Source: Podarcis bocagei
Taxonomy: Eukaryota
Length of the DNA: 64,000 nt
Reading direction: 5' to 3' (one strand)
NCBI GenBank assembly: GCA_964188305.1
Contig: OZ076896.1
The first letter of the stretch is position 1. The number at the start of each line of letters is the position of its first letter. The translations under genes were made by a program, and so were the position numbers. The notes beneath the pieces were generated by a model. The model was not told the DNA's origin and made no database searches. It saw only the letters and a list, made by a program, of their open reading frames with translations. Positions 37,126-52,144 of the stretch are shown piece by piece.

Positions 37126-40100
37126 CCTGGATGCCGCTGGCCTCGACGTGACTTTCGCCCACGTGACAGTGCAAAAGACCTGGCCTGACTGTGCTTAGGA
37201 TCCAATCGCTTCCAAATAAAAATATCTAGCACACGCTGCTGCAAAGGCACCTATTTGCCTGAGTGAACATCTGTTTCCTTGCTGTTAGGGCTACTGGAGC
37301 TTACACCCTTTCCCCGGTGGCTAGCTACTGGATTTTAAAATTTGGGAGCCCGGTGTGCGTAGGTGCGTGTTTCGCATTGAAAAATATACCGATTTGTGGT
37401 AGCTTAAACTAAGAACAAGGTGGTCCTGTCTCTTCTGTGTCTGGGCTTCCAAAACCTTCCCCAGTCACCAGCCTCCAGGGTTTCCCTGCGCCGCTGTAGA
37501 AGAGAGCGCCGAGCTCCAAGCGCCGAGGCGAATGAACGGCGTCTGTCCTTTCATCCGAAGAGCGTCTGGGAACACGTGGGGTGGATCGCGGATCTGCCAC
37601 GCGTCGCGAGAGACCCTCTTTCCTTCCCCCTATCTGTTCTGTAGGCGCCCGGTGTTAGGCAGCTCAAACCGTAATCAAGACTCCAAGAGAAATAGATAGC
37701 AGCGGGGGAAGCGAAAAGCGTGTAGCGGGAAACGCGCAAGAAAAACCAAGGAGGTGTAGGTCTGGCCTTATGCAGCCAACCCTTCCAGTAAGTTCTCCTT
37801 CCCTTGAGGGCGGCCCAGTTGGGGTTCGATTGCCCAAATTAGGAGCCCTAATCGGCACAGGTCAGTAGGATGGGGATAATGGACCGAACTCTGCAGAGAC
37901 TTCCTGTGGCTGGATCTGGTGTTGTATGTGGGTGAAGGTCTGGTGGGGGGGATTGTTTGTTTGGAATTTTTACTTTGGGGTTATTTATCGGTGTAATAGG
38001 GTTTATATTATTGTGTAAGAAAGTTTACTGTCTGATGGGTTGTTTTTGCTGTTGCTGTTTGAGGTTTACCTATTCTGTTCAAATAAATATAGTTCCCCTC
38101 ATATATTGACTACCAAAGATCCTTTAAAGAACCCGCAGAGTTAATTGGCACAACAAAGCGAAGGCTTTTTAAAAAATGCATTTAGAAAACAATCAAGGAG
38201 GAGGGAACCTGTCAAAAGTCCTCGTCAACTTTCTGGCAAAAGTACACCACGGGGGACTCGCGGGCCAGAAAGGCAAGAAACGGAAAGCCCGGTTAGATCA
38301 TTTTCTCAGGACATTGTTTATGGCCTTGGGAAGGATCAATCGTTTCGAAATGTTGCCAGGAGGAGAAAGAGAGAGAGAGAGAGAGAAATGATCCGGAGTG
38401 GAATGCGACTAATCCTCTGGATTCCTGTCAACGGTTTCCATAGAAGGAAGCCGATTTTTCAACCCAAAGATCCAGATTTTGTTTGGCCAGGGATTTGTGT
38501 GAGCTCCTGAGGCCATGAATTCGTCGTCCTCCGCCTCCGAGCCCCACTCCCCAAATAGGAGAACCTGCTGCTCTCTCTGAATACCTGTCTTGGGTGTAAA
38601 GCACATGCTTGCCGAGACTGGGTTTGACTGCAGTCTGTAAAAAGACTCACCCCAGAGCACTCCGGCTGAAGGCAATCGGATTGTTACCCAGGCGCAATGT
38701 ACACACACACACACGCTCACAGCACACTTATCCCGTGCTCTAACACGACTACAAACATTAAATCAGCTTGGCATCTTAGAGCTGTAAGTTTTGGGAGAGA
38801 CAACCCGGAAGTAATCTAGTCGAAACCCCCCCCCCCCCTGCTCAGGGCCAGCGAGTCTCTGCAACTCTAACCCCACTTACCTGGGAGGAAGCCCCGTTGA
38901 AGTCCATAGGTATTCCTTCCGAGTAGACATGGTTTAGATTGTGCTGGAAAGCGAAGTTCTGCTGTGATTCACGGTTTTAGAAAATATGCATAGGATCCGA
39001 CTGGGGTGAAGTTAGTCTGAAAGTAAGTTGGAATCAATGGCATAAGCAAATGTGTTTCCGCCTTGCTGTTTTTATAAACGGATTCATAAGTGAGGCATGG
39101 AGTCTACCCGTAGACGTTCTAAGAACAACTGTTTGAAAGTTTTCTCCGTGCTAAAAGCTGACTTTTTGGAAGCCAGCTACAAACATAAAGGAAGCTATAA
39201 CAAGCCAGCCCGTGCACACACGTTAATCCAGACTCTTTGGGTTTTAAACCGGATCATATATTTTCATCCCAACCCCGACTCGACAAAGAGCACAATTTTT
39301 GGGGTCTGCCCATTGAAATGAATGCCAGTGGAGAAGAAGATGGAGCGATTTGTTTCAAGGGAGTTTTGCGTTAGAACATTTCCCACTGAATTGGGCTTCT
39401 AAAAACCCATTTCCCCAAAAAACTAGTTTTCTTTTACTGTTTTTAAACCCTTTATAATTTACTCTAGCATGTTGATTTTTCTTGTAGAGTCTGCCCTATC
39501 ACTGAAGGCTTAAAGCAACCTGACTTTCCCCCTCTTCCGGCAACCCTGTTGTTTGGTAGACTGAGAGCTCCTGCCCTGAGATGGTCAGAGGAGAACATCA
39601 GGCATGTAATTTTTTAATAAGATAAAATAAAATAAAATAGGGCCTTCTTTGTGGTGGTGCCCGCATTTTGAATGTTACGCAGTTCCATTGTCCCTGAGCT
39701 GTATTTTTGTACACTGCTTAAATATTAATAAGTTTGGAGATGTGTTTAAATAAATAATACTCCTGGCACCAATCCTGTATTCTTTAGAGTGCCAGGTTAA
39801 AACCATTTTATTTGCCAATGTATTTTAGATGATGGTGTTTGTTGAATGTTTTATTATATTGCTGGTTTGTGTTATGTTGTATAATGTGTGTGTTTTTTAA
39901 TGTCTCTCCATACCACCCTGAAATTTATTTTTGAATGGTTTCGCAGTTGTTGGTTTATCGTTTCTAAACACTATTTGGTTTATCGTTTCTAAAATGAAGA
40001 AATAAAATTAAGGCAGGACCTTTACATAAATGGGATTTATTTCCGAGTAAACACACATTGAATTACACAGTTGCAGGTGATTTCCTCAAGTCAACCAAGT

Positions 40101-43100
40101 AACAATCTCAGAAACCAGACAATTAAACAAACAAAAAAAGGTGGGGACACAGGAGAGCATTGCGCAAGAGAACGGATCTCACTGGATAATTCGCAGGAGA
40201 ACTTCCCTGTGGTTTGTGCCCCTCTTCTGCACCATCCATATAATTTTCATAGAACAGCTTTCGGCAGCCTGGTGCCTTCCAGATGTTTGGGACCACAACT
40301 CCCATAGCTTCCATCACCCGCCGTCAGCACAGTTGCCAAAGGTCCAAAATGGTCTGCTCAGTCCAGTTTCTGCCAGTTCCAGAGTAACAGCGCGATGCCA
40401 TTCAAGTCCAACCGAGTTCGATGGCGCTTACTCCCGAGTAAATGCATCTAGAATTAAGGGGCTTACTTTCGAATAGGCATGTTTGCCCTGATAATTGCCC
40501 TGATAATTCAACTGCGGTTTCCTAGTGTAGGTAGGTCCCGCTAAACGCAGGATTTAATTTCTGTGTTCTTGGGTTGTTACTGTGGAAAGGTCTTTACGCC
40601 CCCGAAATGTATTATTCATCTCACTACTTTTATATCCTGTTTGACTGTCAGAAAACCTCAAAGCGGTTTACAAAAGGTCTTAATCCACCCAGGCCCGGAC
40701 CAGATCTTCCATCCTTTCTGTCCTTTGGGAAGGGTTGGTTGGCGCTGGAGAAAAAGCAGTTCAGGCCGTTGTGCTAAACCCAGCCCGGTGACTTAATGGG
40801 GGTTGCTGGGGGAGATTTGTTGCTGCGGGGGGGAGAGGAAACGAAGCCGGATGCTGCAGCCTAGAGGTAACAACACCCAGTGGGTTTGGGCCACCAATAC
40901 CACCGATGCTTAGCTAGCAGACACTCGCCCAGGCAGGTGGGCAAGCAGAGATTCTACCTCGGTGCGAGAGCTCAGCCGCTTTCCAGCTAGGAACATTCTT
41001 CTGCCGCCAGAGTTCAAGAGCGAGCGATATTTCCCCCGGTTCCTCCGTTGCCACTGGTTAAAGGGGCTTCCTCTAAGAGAGGTGGATCCCACCTTAAGGC
41101 AAAAATCAAGGCCAGCTCGCACGTGCTATGCTGATGCTGCGGGTGAATTTAGGAGTTTGATACTTACGTAAGTTCCATTTCGTGCAGCGGGAAAGTCGAG
41201 GCCCTTGAGTTTAAGCCAGGCCCTTGCAGGCTTGGGTTGTGGATTAGTTTGGAAGCAATACTTATGGGATGTTCTTCCGACTTCAACAGGAACCTCGAAA
41301 CCTAATGTTGATATTTCTTCCTTTGCCTAAATAATAATTATTTTTTTGAAAAGCAGAAAAAATAATTCAGTTGCTCGCTTTACTTGGTTTGGATGATTCT
41401 AGAGATTTAAAGCGCTAGTTGTCAGCGTGCGCTTTAAACACTATCTAAAGCGATTTGGGTATTTTACTAAACAGTTCCCTTAAGGTTGGGAAGCTCCAAC
41501 AACTTACTTCGTGTGACTATTAATGTATTTTTTAAAAAACGCACAGTACAATTTCTTGTACAGTACTTGTGGGGAGTTATAATAGTGATTCCGCAACAAC
41601 GCAGAGCAGTTAAATTTAAACCCACTGCCAAATCAGGCATCGGATTAAGTGGACTGTAGTCCAGACTCCAGATAAGTTTATGCCATAATAAATGTGTGTC
41701 CTTAAAGTCCTTAAACACTAAGGATCCACAGGGCTCTTCTTTGTTTCAGTTAAACCTGTTGGCACAAGTGGAACATTCACCTCATGCATGTGTTTACTCA
41801 GAAGTAAATCCCACTGTGTTCCATGTGCACTGGATCGTCGGAGGTTTTTTCTTTCTTTTCTTTTTCCCCAAATGCAAACCTAACAGGTCATGGCAGAAGG
41901 CAAGACAAGGACTATATAAACAGAAGCAGTTGGCAAGGTACACAAAGCGACCTGGGAGGAAGCAGCTTCGAAGCACTCCATAAAATGAGATTGGCAGATG
42001 GCCGGCTTTATTTCTTACTGACTTCTCGTACATCGGGTATCATCCGAGTCCATTGATTTCAGTGGGCCTCCTCTGAGCAGGAGTAACGTCGGCGATCGCC
42101 CTGCGCCCGTGCATCAGCCAGATTCACACAACGCCGAAGGTGAACAGAAGGCAGTGAGCTGACGCTTCCTCGATTCTAGATGCCACAACTAAAAGCGGTC
42201 GAAGGCTGCCATCGAATGCACGTCGACTCGAGAGTCAAGTTCTGCTGAAGTCAATGGGACACCTCTGGACAAACACGTAAAGAGTTGCCCTGATTCAGGA
42301 CAAAGGATGCTTCCTGCATACAGTTCAATGTATGTAGTTCGCGGGCAACTGGTTGGGGTTTTTGTTTTCTTGTTTGGGTTTAATTATTTACTTGTGTTTC
42401 ATCTTGTATTTTATTTTGTGAAACGCCCTGATATCTTTTTTTTTTTTTTGAAGGGCGGTATATAAATTTTAATAATAATAATAGGAATCCAACCTAAAGG
42501 AGACGACACTTTTAATTATCCACTGATAATATTAAGCCTTCTACTTGGATTTCAACACCTTACTTAGGAAGTGGAAGGGTGTCTGACTTACTTTACCAAG
42601 AAAGAACCCTTGTCACGTGCACATAAAGTCTTTATTTGCTCCCCAGTCTCGTATTAAAACAGAGGAACCGGATCGCACATTCCGATGGAAGACATTTACT
42701 GGCAAGTTTATATACAGACCTTGGAAAGTTTTTCCAACGCACTTTTATCCAGAGGAATGACTGAACAGCGCCAAGCCCAGTTCCCCATAGAAATAATTTC
42801 CTCTCTAATCATTTCTCTATATTGGGGATCTGAGAAATCTCTCGATCTGGCGAACGGGCCAGATTCAAATTGCACTCCTTGGCAATCTCTCACCTGAGAG
42901 CAAGCGAGCAAGGCTTGCTTCGGAAGGCAAGATGCCACCGGAGAACGGCCTGCTGGTTTTTCCCGGGCGGGGGAAAGGCGAATCTCTCTCCTGAACCCAG
43001 ACCCGAGTTCTGCGGACCGGTCACGGAGCTTGAATTAAGCGAGGGATGTTTTGATTTCGACTCCTGCCTCGTGGCAGGCTGATTACTCCCGGAGACCCCA

Positions 43101-46100
43101 AAACGTTTGGAAAGGCCTCGGAGGCAGCTCGTGAGGTCTGGTCTTGGAGGCTCCTCCTTCTTCTCAGCCATGATGTGCCCTTGCCTTTATTGAAGACCAG
43201 AAGGTGCTGCTAAGCAGCCCGTTCATTGGGGCTTCCCTCGAGGCTCCTTCCCATCTGTTCTGCCTGCCCCCACAAAAAAAAATCCTCACAACTCCTGTCC
43301 CGGGAGAACCAGTCCCAGCTCCGAGTGGAGCAGCTGGAGCCCCAGGAGCTTTTTCGCCAGGAGCCCCTTAACCGTCAGCCCCCCAGAGACCCGTTTAATC
43401 TGACTGAAGTAGATTGAAACCACAGGGGAGGAACAGCGACACGGGGGGGGGGGGGCAAACTCTCGTTGGTGCCAGAGGAATTTGCGATCCATCATGGAAG
43501 CAAACACAAAAAACTCCCCTGAAATAAATGGGATGTGTCCTACTCAGAGTAGACCCATTTAACTCAATGGATATGACCAACGGATCCATTAATACCAATG
43601 GGCCTCCTCGGCTGTTGCTTGGTTTCATGCAACCCAATGATGCTGCTTTGGAAACTGATATTTCTTATTTATTTATTTGTCCCATTTTATTTATACTGCT
43701 ATGCAAATAATGCTTGGGTCCAGTCTATCTGAAGGACGGTATCTCCTTAAATAAACCTGTCCGGACTTTTGGGGGACCCTTTTTTCCTATCCTGCCTCCA
43801 TTATGAATGCACGTTTGATGAGGCCACGAGAGAGGGCCTTTTTATGGGAGAGGGCATTTTCCTTTCTCTTCTCTCAGACTGTGGAACTCCCTTCCACTGG
43901 AGGCTAGGCTGGTTCCTTTTATGCTCTCCCTTTTTCCAACAAATACTTTTTTGCTCAGACAGGCCTTTGGCCACTAACTAGCTGGCTGCTGTGGCAAGGT
44001 GCAGGGAGGGTGTTGTACCTTTCCCCCCTTTTGCTGCTAAATGATTGTGTTTAAAGTGCTTTATTATTATTTTAAAATCATATTGATTGTACGTTTCTAG
44101 CTGCAATTCATGCTGCAAGCCCCACCCTCTGATCCTATATTAGGAGAAAGGCGGTATATTAAATACACAAACAAATAAATAAACAAATATCCTTCATGGA
44201 GTACAATGGCTCACATCAACCCTATTGAATCGTTTAGTCTGAGAGACAGATACTGGCCTAAGATCTGTCAATGAGCTTCATTGTTTAAGCAGGAATTTGA
44301 ATCGGGGTCTCTCTGTATTAAAATCACGCTTAGGATCAGGCTGCTTGTAGGTAAAGGATAATGAACCATACACCTCAGGACATTGTAGGGGAAATATTTG
44401 TGACTGGGAACAGGCAAGGCGCCCCTTTGAGGAAGGCAAACAACATTCAACCATTCCCGGCCCATAAGTGATTCTTATTGCGAACAGCACTGTGTCTTTG
44501 TCTCATCTGCGGCCTAAAATTAAAAGCCATTCATTTTTTAAATAGTCTTAAAACGCACTGTTTTTTTCTTTATGTAGAAATCTCAGATATGACTAACATG
44601 ATCCGAACGTCATCTTGCCCTCTGCTGAAATCTCGACGATGCACTGAATGGAGCCTGAATTTGGCCGGGACTATCCAGGGAGAGGAAACGATCTTGAGGT
44701 CGTTTGTGGACATCTCTCTCCACGTGAAGCAACATTAAAAACGGGGAGTGGTGGTGGTGGGAGACAGAGAGAGAGATTGTTAGGAACGATTCATGGAGGG
44801 GGTTGGAGATAAATCTGCTCGTCTCTGAATGCCTTTTCCTAAAAACAGAATTCTGAGTTCCCCAGGGACACGGGTGGTCCGTAGGGCTAAGGTTCAAAAG
44901 GAAGAACTATTGCAGAGTTATTGTATGGAATTTACTAAAACAAAATGTGGAGATAATCAGGCTTATAAAAAATGTTAGGGCACGTTAATGGCTGATCAGC
45001 TATTAACAGCAGTTAACCATAATAGCTAAAGTGTGGGTTATATGACAGGCAAAATATTTCTGAATACTGGATGATCGTGACAACCTATAATGGGCAGAAG
45101 GTCTTTTGAAGACAGGTTACAGACCTGCCTACCAAAAAGGTAAGGGAAACACCAGTCCCTTACCGTCCCACTTCTCCCAACGGGACTTACTCGTAGGTAA
45201 AGTGTTTAAGGTTGGGTACTATCCTGAAGCTGAGGCATGGAGTGTTGCGGATTTTACATTTGTGACATGGCTCCTATGCATTCAGAAGGAAACCCCCCTT
45301 CCCTTCCCCCTTATGTCATCCTAAAGTTGCAGTCATGAATTGAAAAGTGAGTCCTCTCAGCTTCAAAAGGGCCTGGCACCGCACTTGAAATGTATTTCCA
45401 CTGGACCCTAAACATATGGTTTGTTTGCTAGAAATGCCTGCAAACTGGAATCTCTTCGGAGCCACAAGACTTGGAAATAAAGCTCGCTGGTTTCTGTCTA
45501 ACTTCCCAAACGGTGCGATGGGAAGAGCTATGCCAGCCCGCTCTTGCCCCGTCCTTCTGCTCACTCGACTGCACACACACTATAAAGTTCACCCCCCTCC
45601 AAGAATCTTGGGAGCTGAGATTTACGGAGCTTCGATTCCCAGAACCCTTAACAAACCACAGTTCCCAGGATTCTTGCGGAGGTGCTTTAAATGTATGGCC
45701 CCCTATGCAGTCTTTACCCTGGCTTTTGACTCTTGAGATGCATATTTTTAGGACACCACCTTATTGTATTGTAAGTTGCGTGGAACGGTTTCTGCGTTGT
45801 GTTTTAATTTTTGCAGAAGGGTGGGATTATTATTATTATTATTATTACTGCAATGAGGTCTGTGTCACAGAAGGCAAGGCAAAGGCTGCCTGGCTCAGAG
45901 TCCCAAGGCAAGCCCAGTAAGTTAAGACCCGTGATAGGTGCAAGGCCCGGCCGGTTCTCGGCTGAGGCCAGGGCGCATGTGGACAGTTTTCGACGTCAGA
46001 GGCGCTTGCGTGCGAGCCGCGGCTCATCCGCACGCAGGAGCAGCAGCCTGTTTCTGCAGGCGGGTTTTTGTCTTTTCTGAAAGCAGCCTCTGGCTCTGGA

Positions 46101-49071
46101 TTTCCACTTTCACCCGCCCATCAAAATGCCTGCTGGACACTCATCGTCCTCTCCTGCAATTCCCATTCTTTCGAGAGCCTCTGTCTTTGTTTTAGAAGTC
46201 CCTTACCAGGAGCCAGGAATAAACACGAGGCGCAGCTTTCTTAGTGCATCTGGTGAATTTCCTCTGGAGGAGAAGCGGGGCGGGGGGAGTTGTTTCAGGG
46301 GCTCGCAGAGCTCCAGCAGGGAAAAATCCCAGAGGAAACAGACCCACAAGAAGAGCTGCAGGAGCATCTGTGCGAGGCGCATAAGCCGATGGCTGTGAAC
46401 CACGACACGATTGCAACTGAAAGCCATATAAATAAACCATTTGCAAGTGTGCGGTTTGCATGCCTTTCTCTTAGTCTCATCAACCGATTCCCCATCCGCT
46501 ACACGCCGATCTTTACACTTATCGCTCTGCATCTGGCTCTTGTTTATTGTAGCGGCGCAGATCCAACATTAATAGCTATCAGGCCTTGTTTCATTGAGAA
46601 TAAAACAAAGAGAAGAGACGTTCAGACAGATGTGGACGCGTTTCCTCTTCCTTTCTCACGGGCCCGGCATGGGAGTGGGAAGATGCCACTAAAATCCAGG
46701 AGACTCGTGTTCAAAGTCTGGGGACAGGAAGGAGCTTCCTCAGCGAGCGCCGTGCTCAGCCTGATTTGTCTCTACAGTCGCGCATCAGCAAGGAGAGGCT
46801 CTAACCACTCACCTTCGCTCATGCGCAGCTGGATTCTATCTAGGCTGCCAGGATGAAAAGCGCCCAGGACCTTGACAATCTCTGGTCCTGTGAGTGCCTC
46901 CCTCCTCCGCTCAAAGTCAAGGTGAGGGGAGGTTTAAAAGCAGCTGGGTCACTTTTTCTTCAGGTCAAGCCTCTCGCGAAAGCGCCAACGTGGAGCCCCA
47001 CCGCACGCTTACTAGAAAAAAAGCGAGTTTCCAGTTGGCCTTACTTCCGAGTAAACCTGCACAGCGACACTCGTTGCTTCACGGTGCTTTTGAGATGCTA
47101 GCGTTCTACACACCAAACAAAGTCTGTGTTCTGACGACTTAATATTTTTTTTAAAAAAAAGAATCGCAAGGGTGTGTATTTACGAGATGGTGGAGTTTTA
47201 GTCTGAGGCCGGCAGACTCAAACAAGGCAGGGAGCACAAACTGAAACCCACCTGCCTGCGAAGAAATACTGTAAAAAGTCAAGCCTACGCGCGTTATTTA
47301 TAGGCTCGCTCGCGGCCGCTTAGCCATACCATAAATACGCGTCTGCAAACGAGAGAGTCGACAGTCAAACTAAGCTAGGTAAAGTGGGATTGAGTTATGG
47401 GCACATAAATCCAAACTGGAAGGAACAGATGGTGGCCATGATCGCGTTTTACACCCACCCCACCCCGTTAAATAACGATAACGCCTTTCAGTGAAGGCGA
47501 CAGGAATACTCACAGGGACTGACGCAGGAAGGTTTTAAAGGCTGGGAAGCGGAAACCGGGCCTCTTCTCTCTCTCTCTCACCGGCGCGGGCTGAAGGAGC
47601 CGGGCGCGCTTTCCTAGGCGATCCTCAGGTCGCGGTGGTGGAAGGAAGAAGATCTCCTAGTTTCGCCACGCAGTTTTCTTTTCGTCCCAAGACGCCGACC
47701 TTGCCGAGTCCGAGCGAGATCCGGATCCACCGGCGGAAGGCTCCCCTCCGACGTGGATGAAGGAGATAACTGAGAAGCTAGAAGGTGCAGGCCGTTTCCT
47801 CGCCCAGAAGGGACCTAAATCCTCAGGAGAAGCGGCACATTTATTAAGCACTAAGGACTCGCGGGTGTGGGGTCGGAAAGAAAAGACAAGCCTATTTGTT
47901 TACGCCATATTCATAAGAAAGACCGTTATGGCCCAATAGTTTGTCGAAAAATCACCTGCTCGGTTAAGCGGATACACATATTGATAGGGAAAATCAGAAC
48001 CACCCGGTTTAAGTTAACCAGAAACATAGGAATTTACCCGTCCTCGATGCTAAGCACCTGGAATGGACGTCAACTCTAAGGATTTTTGAGGAACTTTCCT
48101 TCCAAAACAAGAAGACCTCCCGAATCCACAGTTCCAAAAGAAGTGTGACTTTGATGGCAGCCAAAACTGCACACATCCCAGGCACTTTTAGTCATTCCCT
48201 TCTCTCTTCCCAACCCCCGCCATTCCACCTAATGTTTCTCACTCGCCCTAAACCCAGTTTCTGTGGGAGCTCAGCTGGCGAATAACGCGGACCTTTTTTA
48301 TATATAGAGATCCATGGATGTAACAAAAGGGAAGAAGAGCCCGGCATGTTGGGGAGAATTGCGTTTTTAAAAGCTAACTATGAACAATATTTGGGGGCGT
48401 CGAGGGAGAAACAGCAGCCTAACCGAACATGAATAAATCACAGAACTATTTAGAAAACACACACACACACACACAAAAGCGGAGAGAAGCCTTGCTGGTT
48501 CAGAGGCGCCGTGTGTGGCATTCGTAAAATGCTTGCCTGCCTACAGAAGGGCTTCATTACGCTCCCAATAGATAACATTTGGTAAAGTCCATCCCCAGAT
48601 TAAAACGCTACATAATGGCACCGTAAACGAAGTCGTGGCTTTTTGTGTGGTCTTTGTGGGGGGTGGGGAATGGAAACATTAGCCTTTCCCTTAGCCCAGC
48701 CATTCCCTCCCAATTCAGCCCCAGTAATTCGCCTTCTCTCCGGCCCGCGGGGGATCTGATGAAGGGCCGGTGGGCGGCGAGAGGAAGGCGGGTGAATGAA
48801 TCCGCACTTTGTACTTCGGGGAGAAAAGAAGAGGAGGAGGAGGAAGGTGGGCTGCGAGGGCGCTTTGACACCGTCCCACCAGCTTGCTTTTTAGGGCCCA
48901 AGCCTCTCCACCCGGCTTGATCTCTTTCGCTGCGCCTTCAAAGCGAAAGGGGACCCCGGGGTCCATTTGCATGCCAGTGGGGAGCCCCTGTTCAAACGAG
49001 GTTGCTCGGAGTCCCATCAAAGGCTGCTCGGCCTTTGTTGCAGCAGCACCTGCTTGGGCAAACAGAGCCAG

Positions 49072-49072
<1 letters not shown>

Positions 49073-49111
<39 letters not shown>
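49073..49111. repeat. (CAG)13 microsatellite
   Basis: Seen directly. Confidence 0.95.
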
Positions 49112-49113
<2 letters not shown>

Positions 49114-49652
49114 ATAGCCTTGCTAGGCCCTTCTTGCTGGCTAAACTACCCTCCCAGGGCCGCCAGCCAGTAAGCAAGGCAAAAGAGAACGGTGCTGAGA
49201 AGCCGAGCCCCCCCGCCCCCCCGGAGAAAGCCCAGACATAACAAACACGACAATGTTGCGTCGGCCAGTTTGGAACCAGACTAAACACTCGCCTGCCCTC
49301 GTTTCCCCCGTACTAGCGGTTGCAAAGCAATATTTCCAACTCCGAGCTGCTTGTCAGGTGGAGGCCGCTGCCCAGATTGCACAGCCAATTGCTGATATCA
49401 GAAATGCAAGCCAGCGAATTGGGGGGGGGGGGGAGAGAGAGCTCCCTCGCCACAAACCTTAGAACACGATTTGCCTCTTAAGGAAGCCCAGGGGGAAACG
49501 CCAGGCACGCACACCCCGAGCATCACTATGAAGTCTCACGCCCTGAACCCAGGAGCGTTTTCCTCCCTCCTCCGCCTCACCAGGGGCAAACTAGGCTTTA
49601 TTTTACCCGGGTCAAAGACCCAGTTTGGGCACAATCCCCCCCCACGTGCATT

Positions 49653-49664
49653 TGCGCGCGCGCA

Positions 49665-49698
<34 letters not shown>
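49653..49698. repeat. (GC)n-(CA)n alternating purine-pyrimidine tract
   Basis: Seen directly. Confidence 0.9.
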
Positions 49699-49704
<6 letters not shown>

Positions 49705-52144
49705 GGGAGCCTCAGTGGCTAGTCCCCCGTAGCTATGGCTCTGGCCTCACTGTTTTGCTGTTCCTGTTGTTGGTAAACAAAAAAATGAAAAATAAAATCA
49801 CAAGATTACGAACTGGCTTGTGGAAGCCTTTTTTCAGGTTTGTGTGTATGTGTGTGGAATCAGATTATTGTGGTATTCTGGCTCTTTAGGAAATAATAAT
49901 ATTTACCCAAAGAAAGGGGCGCCGGGGTTTTCAACAGATCATCCTAAACACGAGTTACCCATGACTTGGAGGGGGGGGCGGGGGAATTGTATAGATTTCA
50001 GTTGGGAACATCCTTTCTGGGAAGCATCTTAAGACCGGAAACTTATTTAGAAGCAAGAGTCAAGGGAGAGGACGGGATGTTTTTACTTCCAAGTCAACGT
50101 GTGCCGGAGCGAGGTATTGAATTTTCAGAAATATCACTATCACCTTCTAACTCTGAATCCTCCCGGTGAGTCGTTAGAAATGAGGCACACAGATCTGAAG
50201 TTTTGCGGGACAGCTCCTTCAGGAGGGTGGTGGAAGTCAGCCGCGTTGAAGTCTGCGCAATTTCACTTCCAGGCGAACGAGCTCAGGGCAGGCAGAAGGG
50301 TCCGCTTCCTGTTTTCGCTGGCTGAGCACCTGCCACTTCCGGCATGCCACCACGTTTTTACAGAGATGATATGGAAAACTTCGTTGAAAATCTGTGGCTG
50401 CTGCAAGATTCCAGGCCCTGCGACCTTACCTAGCTGGGAGTACGTCTCAGGGGGTTCAGCGGGATTTACTTCAAAGTAGACATGCACAGGACTGGTAAGG
50501 TATTTCTCCTAGCACACGCCTTGCCCAAGTGCCCTTTGATATTCTCCATTGGTTACAATAACCTCACGATGCGAAAAAGAACTTAAATCGCACCACCTAT
50601 TTGTGCACTTAAAAAAGAAATAAACGTAGAGCGTAAACATTCTTAAAACGACTTCATAAATCACCTATACTGATGTGCAATACTTTCCCAAGTTTTTGTT
50701 CTGCAAGGAAATGAGTTGCATAATGTTGTTTATTTGCTTTCCTGAAAGGAGCACTTATATGCTGATCTTGAACACGCCTCAAAAACTCACCGACTTTTAG
50801 CACATTTTTTTAAAAGTTGGATTTCGACAATTACTGCATTAATTCAAAATAATAATTCCAACTCTGCGCTCCTAGAAGGCTAATCCTGTCTTACAATCTT
50901 GTAAAATAATAATAATAATATATGAATTCGCAAAATCCTTAAAAGGGAGTACTTCCTTCACCTCAATAAAGTAGTCCTCTTCAGGTTTGGGAAAAGTAGT
51001 GTCAGAATCCAAAAAATACTTGCGGGGGGGGCTATTCTTATTTGCAATGGAACTAAAATGTAGAACCCAAGTATTGAAACCGATCATTATGAACACTGAT
51101 TTATATATATAACGTTTTAATTGTTCAGCATCCTCATAAGCGACAAACCACCTCATACTTGTCTACCATTCTTTCAAATATTTAAAAGCAAAATGTGCTA
51201 TACTTATTGTCACCATAAACTTTAGCATAACTTCTTTTCTCTTTAATGCAATACTTTAATGATGCCCACATAGCGGGGTGACTGCAGTTCTAGTGTGATT
51301 ACCTTGCAAGGTGGGCACTTATTTGCGACACCGTCATAAAAACCTAAAAACCACAAACAATAACCCTCCCCCCCCCCATTATCTATTGTATAACCCTGGA
51401 GCGGGAGGAAACCCATAGCAATTGTGATGCGGTTGCAATGTAAAATACACTTTAGAAGTTCTTAAAAGAATCTACATTTATTTGATTCAAATACAAAAAA
51501 GGTGTATTTATAGAAGATTATAGCCTGCAGAAGGCTGAAATTATCCATCACCAAAACAGTTACTTTGTTTTCTTTGGTTAGTCATTGCTTGGGTTTACCC
51601 ATGTATTTTTAAAATTTATTTGTGAAGGCTTGAAAATCGTATTATCACTGTTTGGAATAACATAGCAGTTCCTAAACCAGGTTCCATGAGTGAGTGAAGT
51701 TTAATGCGGTCCAGAATTTAAGCTGGTTGGCGTCATGTCTGACTAGAAAGCAAGTCCCTTTCATTCCAGCTGAACTTCCCCAGAGAGAATTTTCAAGATG
51801 GCCGCGATCCTGAGTACCTATTTAGAAGCCCAACTGAAAGCTACTAAACCCGCATGTTTAGGGTACCAGTCCCATTGAGCAACATGGGGTCCAACATTAA
51901 ATGAAGGGATGGGGGGTTAAGTAAAAGGGGGCGCCCTCCAACATTGCTAGATTGTGGAGGATTCTTCTGAGTTAATTATTTGGTGGAAAGACATTTTGCA
52001 CTCTTTCTTTTCAAGCACAGATTATTAATCTACCCTGGATTAATTATTTTTTTAAAAAAAATCGTATTCCCAGGATCATAATTATAGGTTAGAAGTTCAT
52101 AGGGCAAAGCACTAAATAGGTGAAGGTCTAAAGCCAATTGTGGA

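Noticed and set aside
39950-39993. 19-bp direct repeat TTGGTTTATCGTTTCTAAA (and short duplications near 40483 and 63035)
   Set aside because: Ordinary local slippage duplications with no further structure.
48884-49241. Poly-Q, poly-A and poly-S ORFs
   Set aside because: Different frames of one (CAG)13 microsatellite; no other coding evidence.
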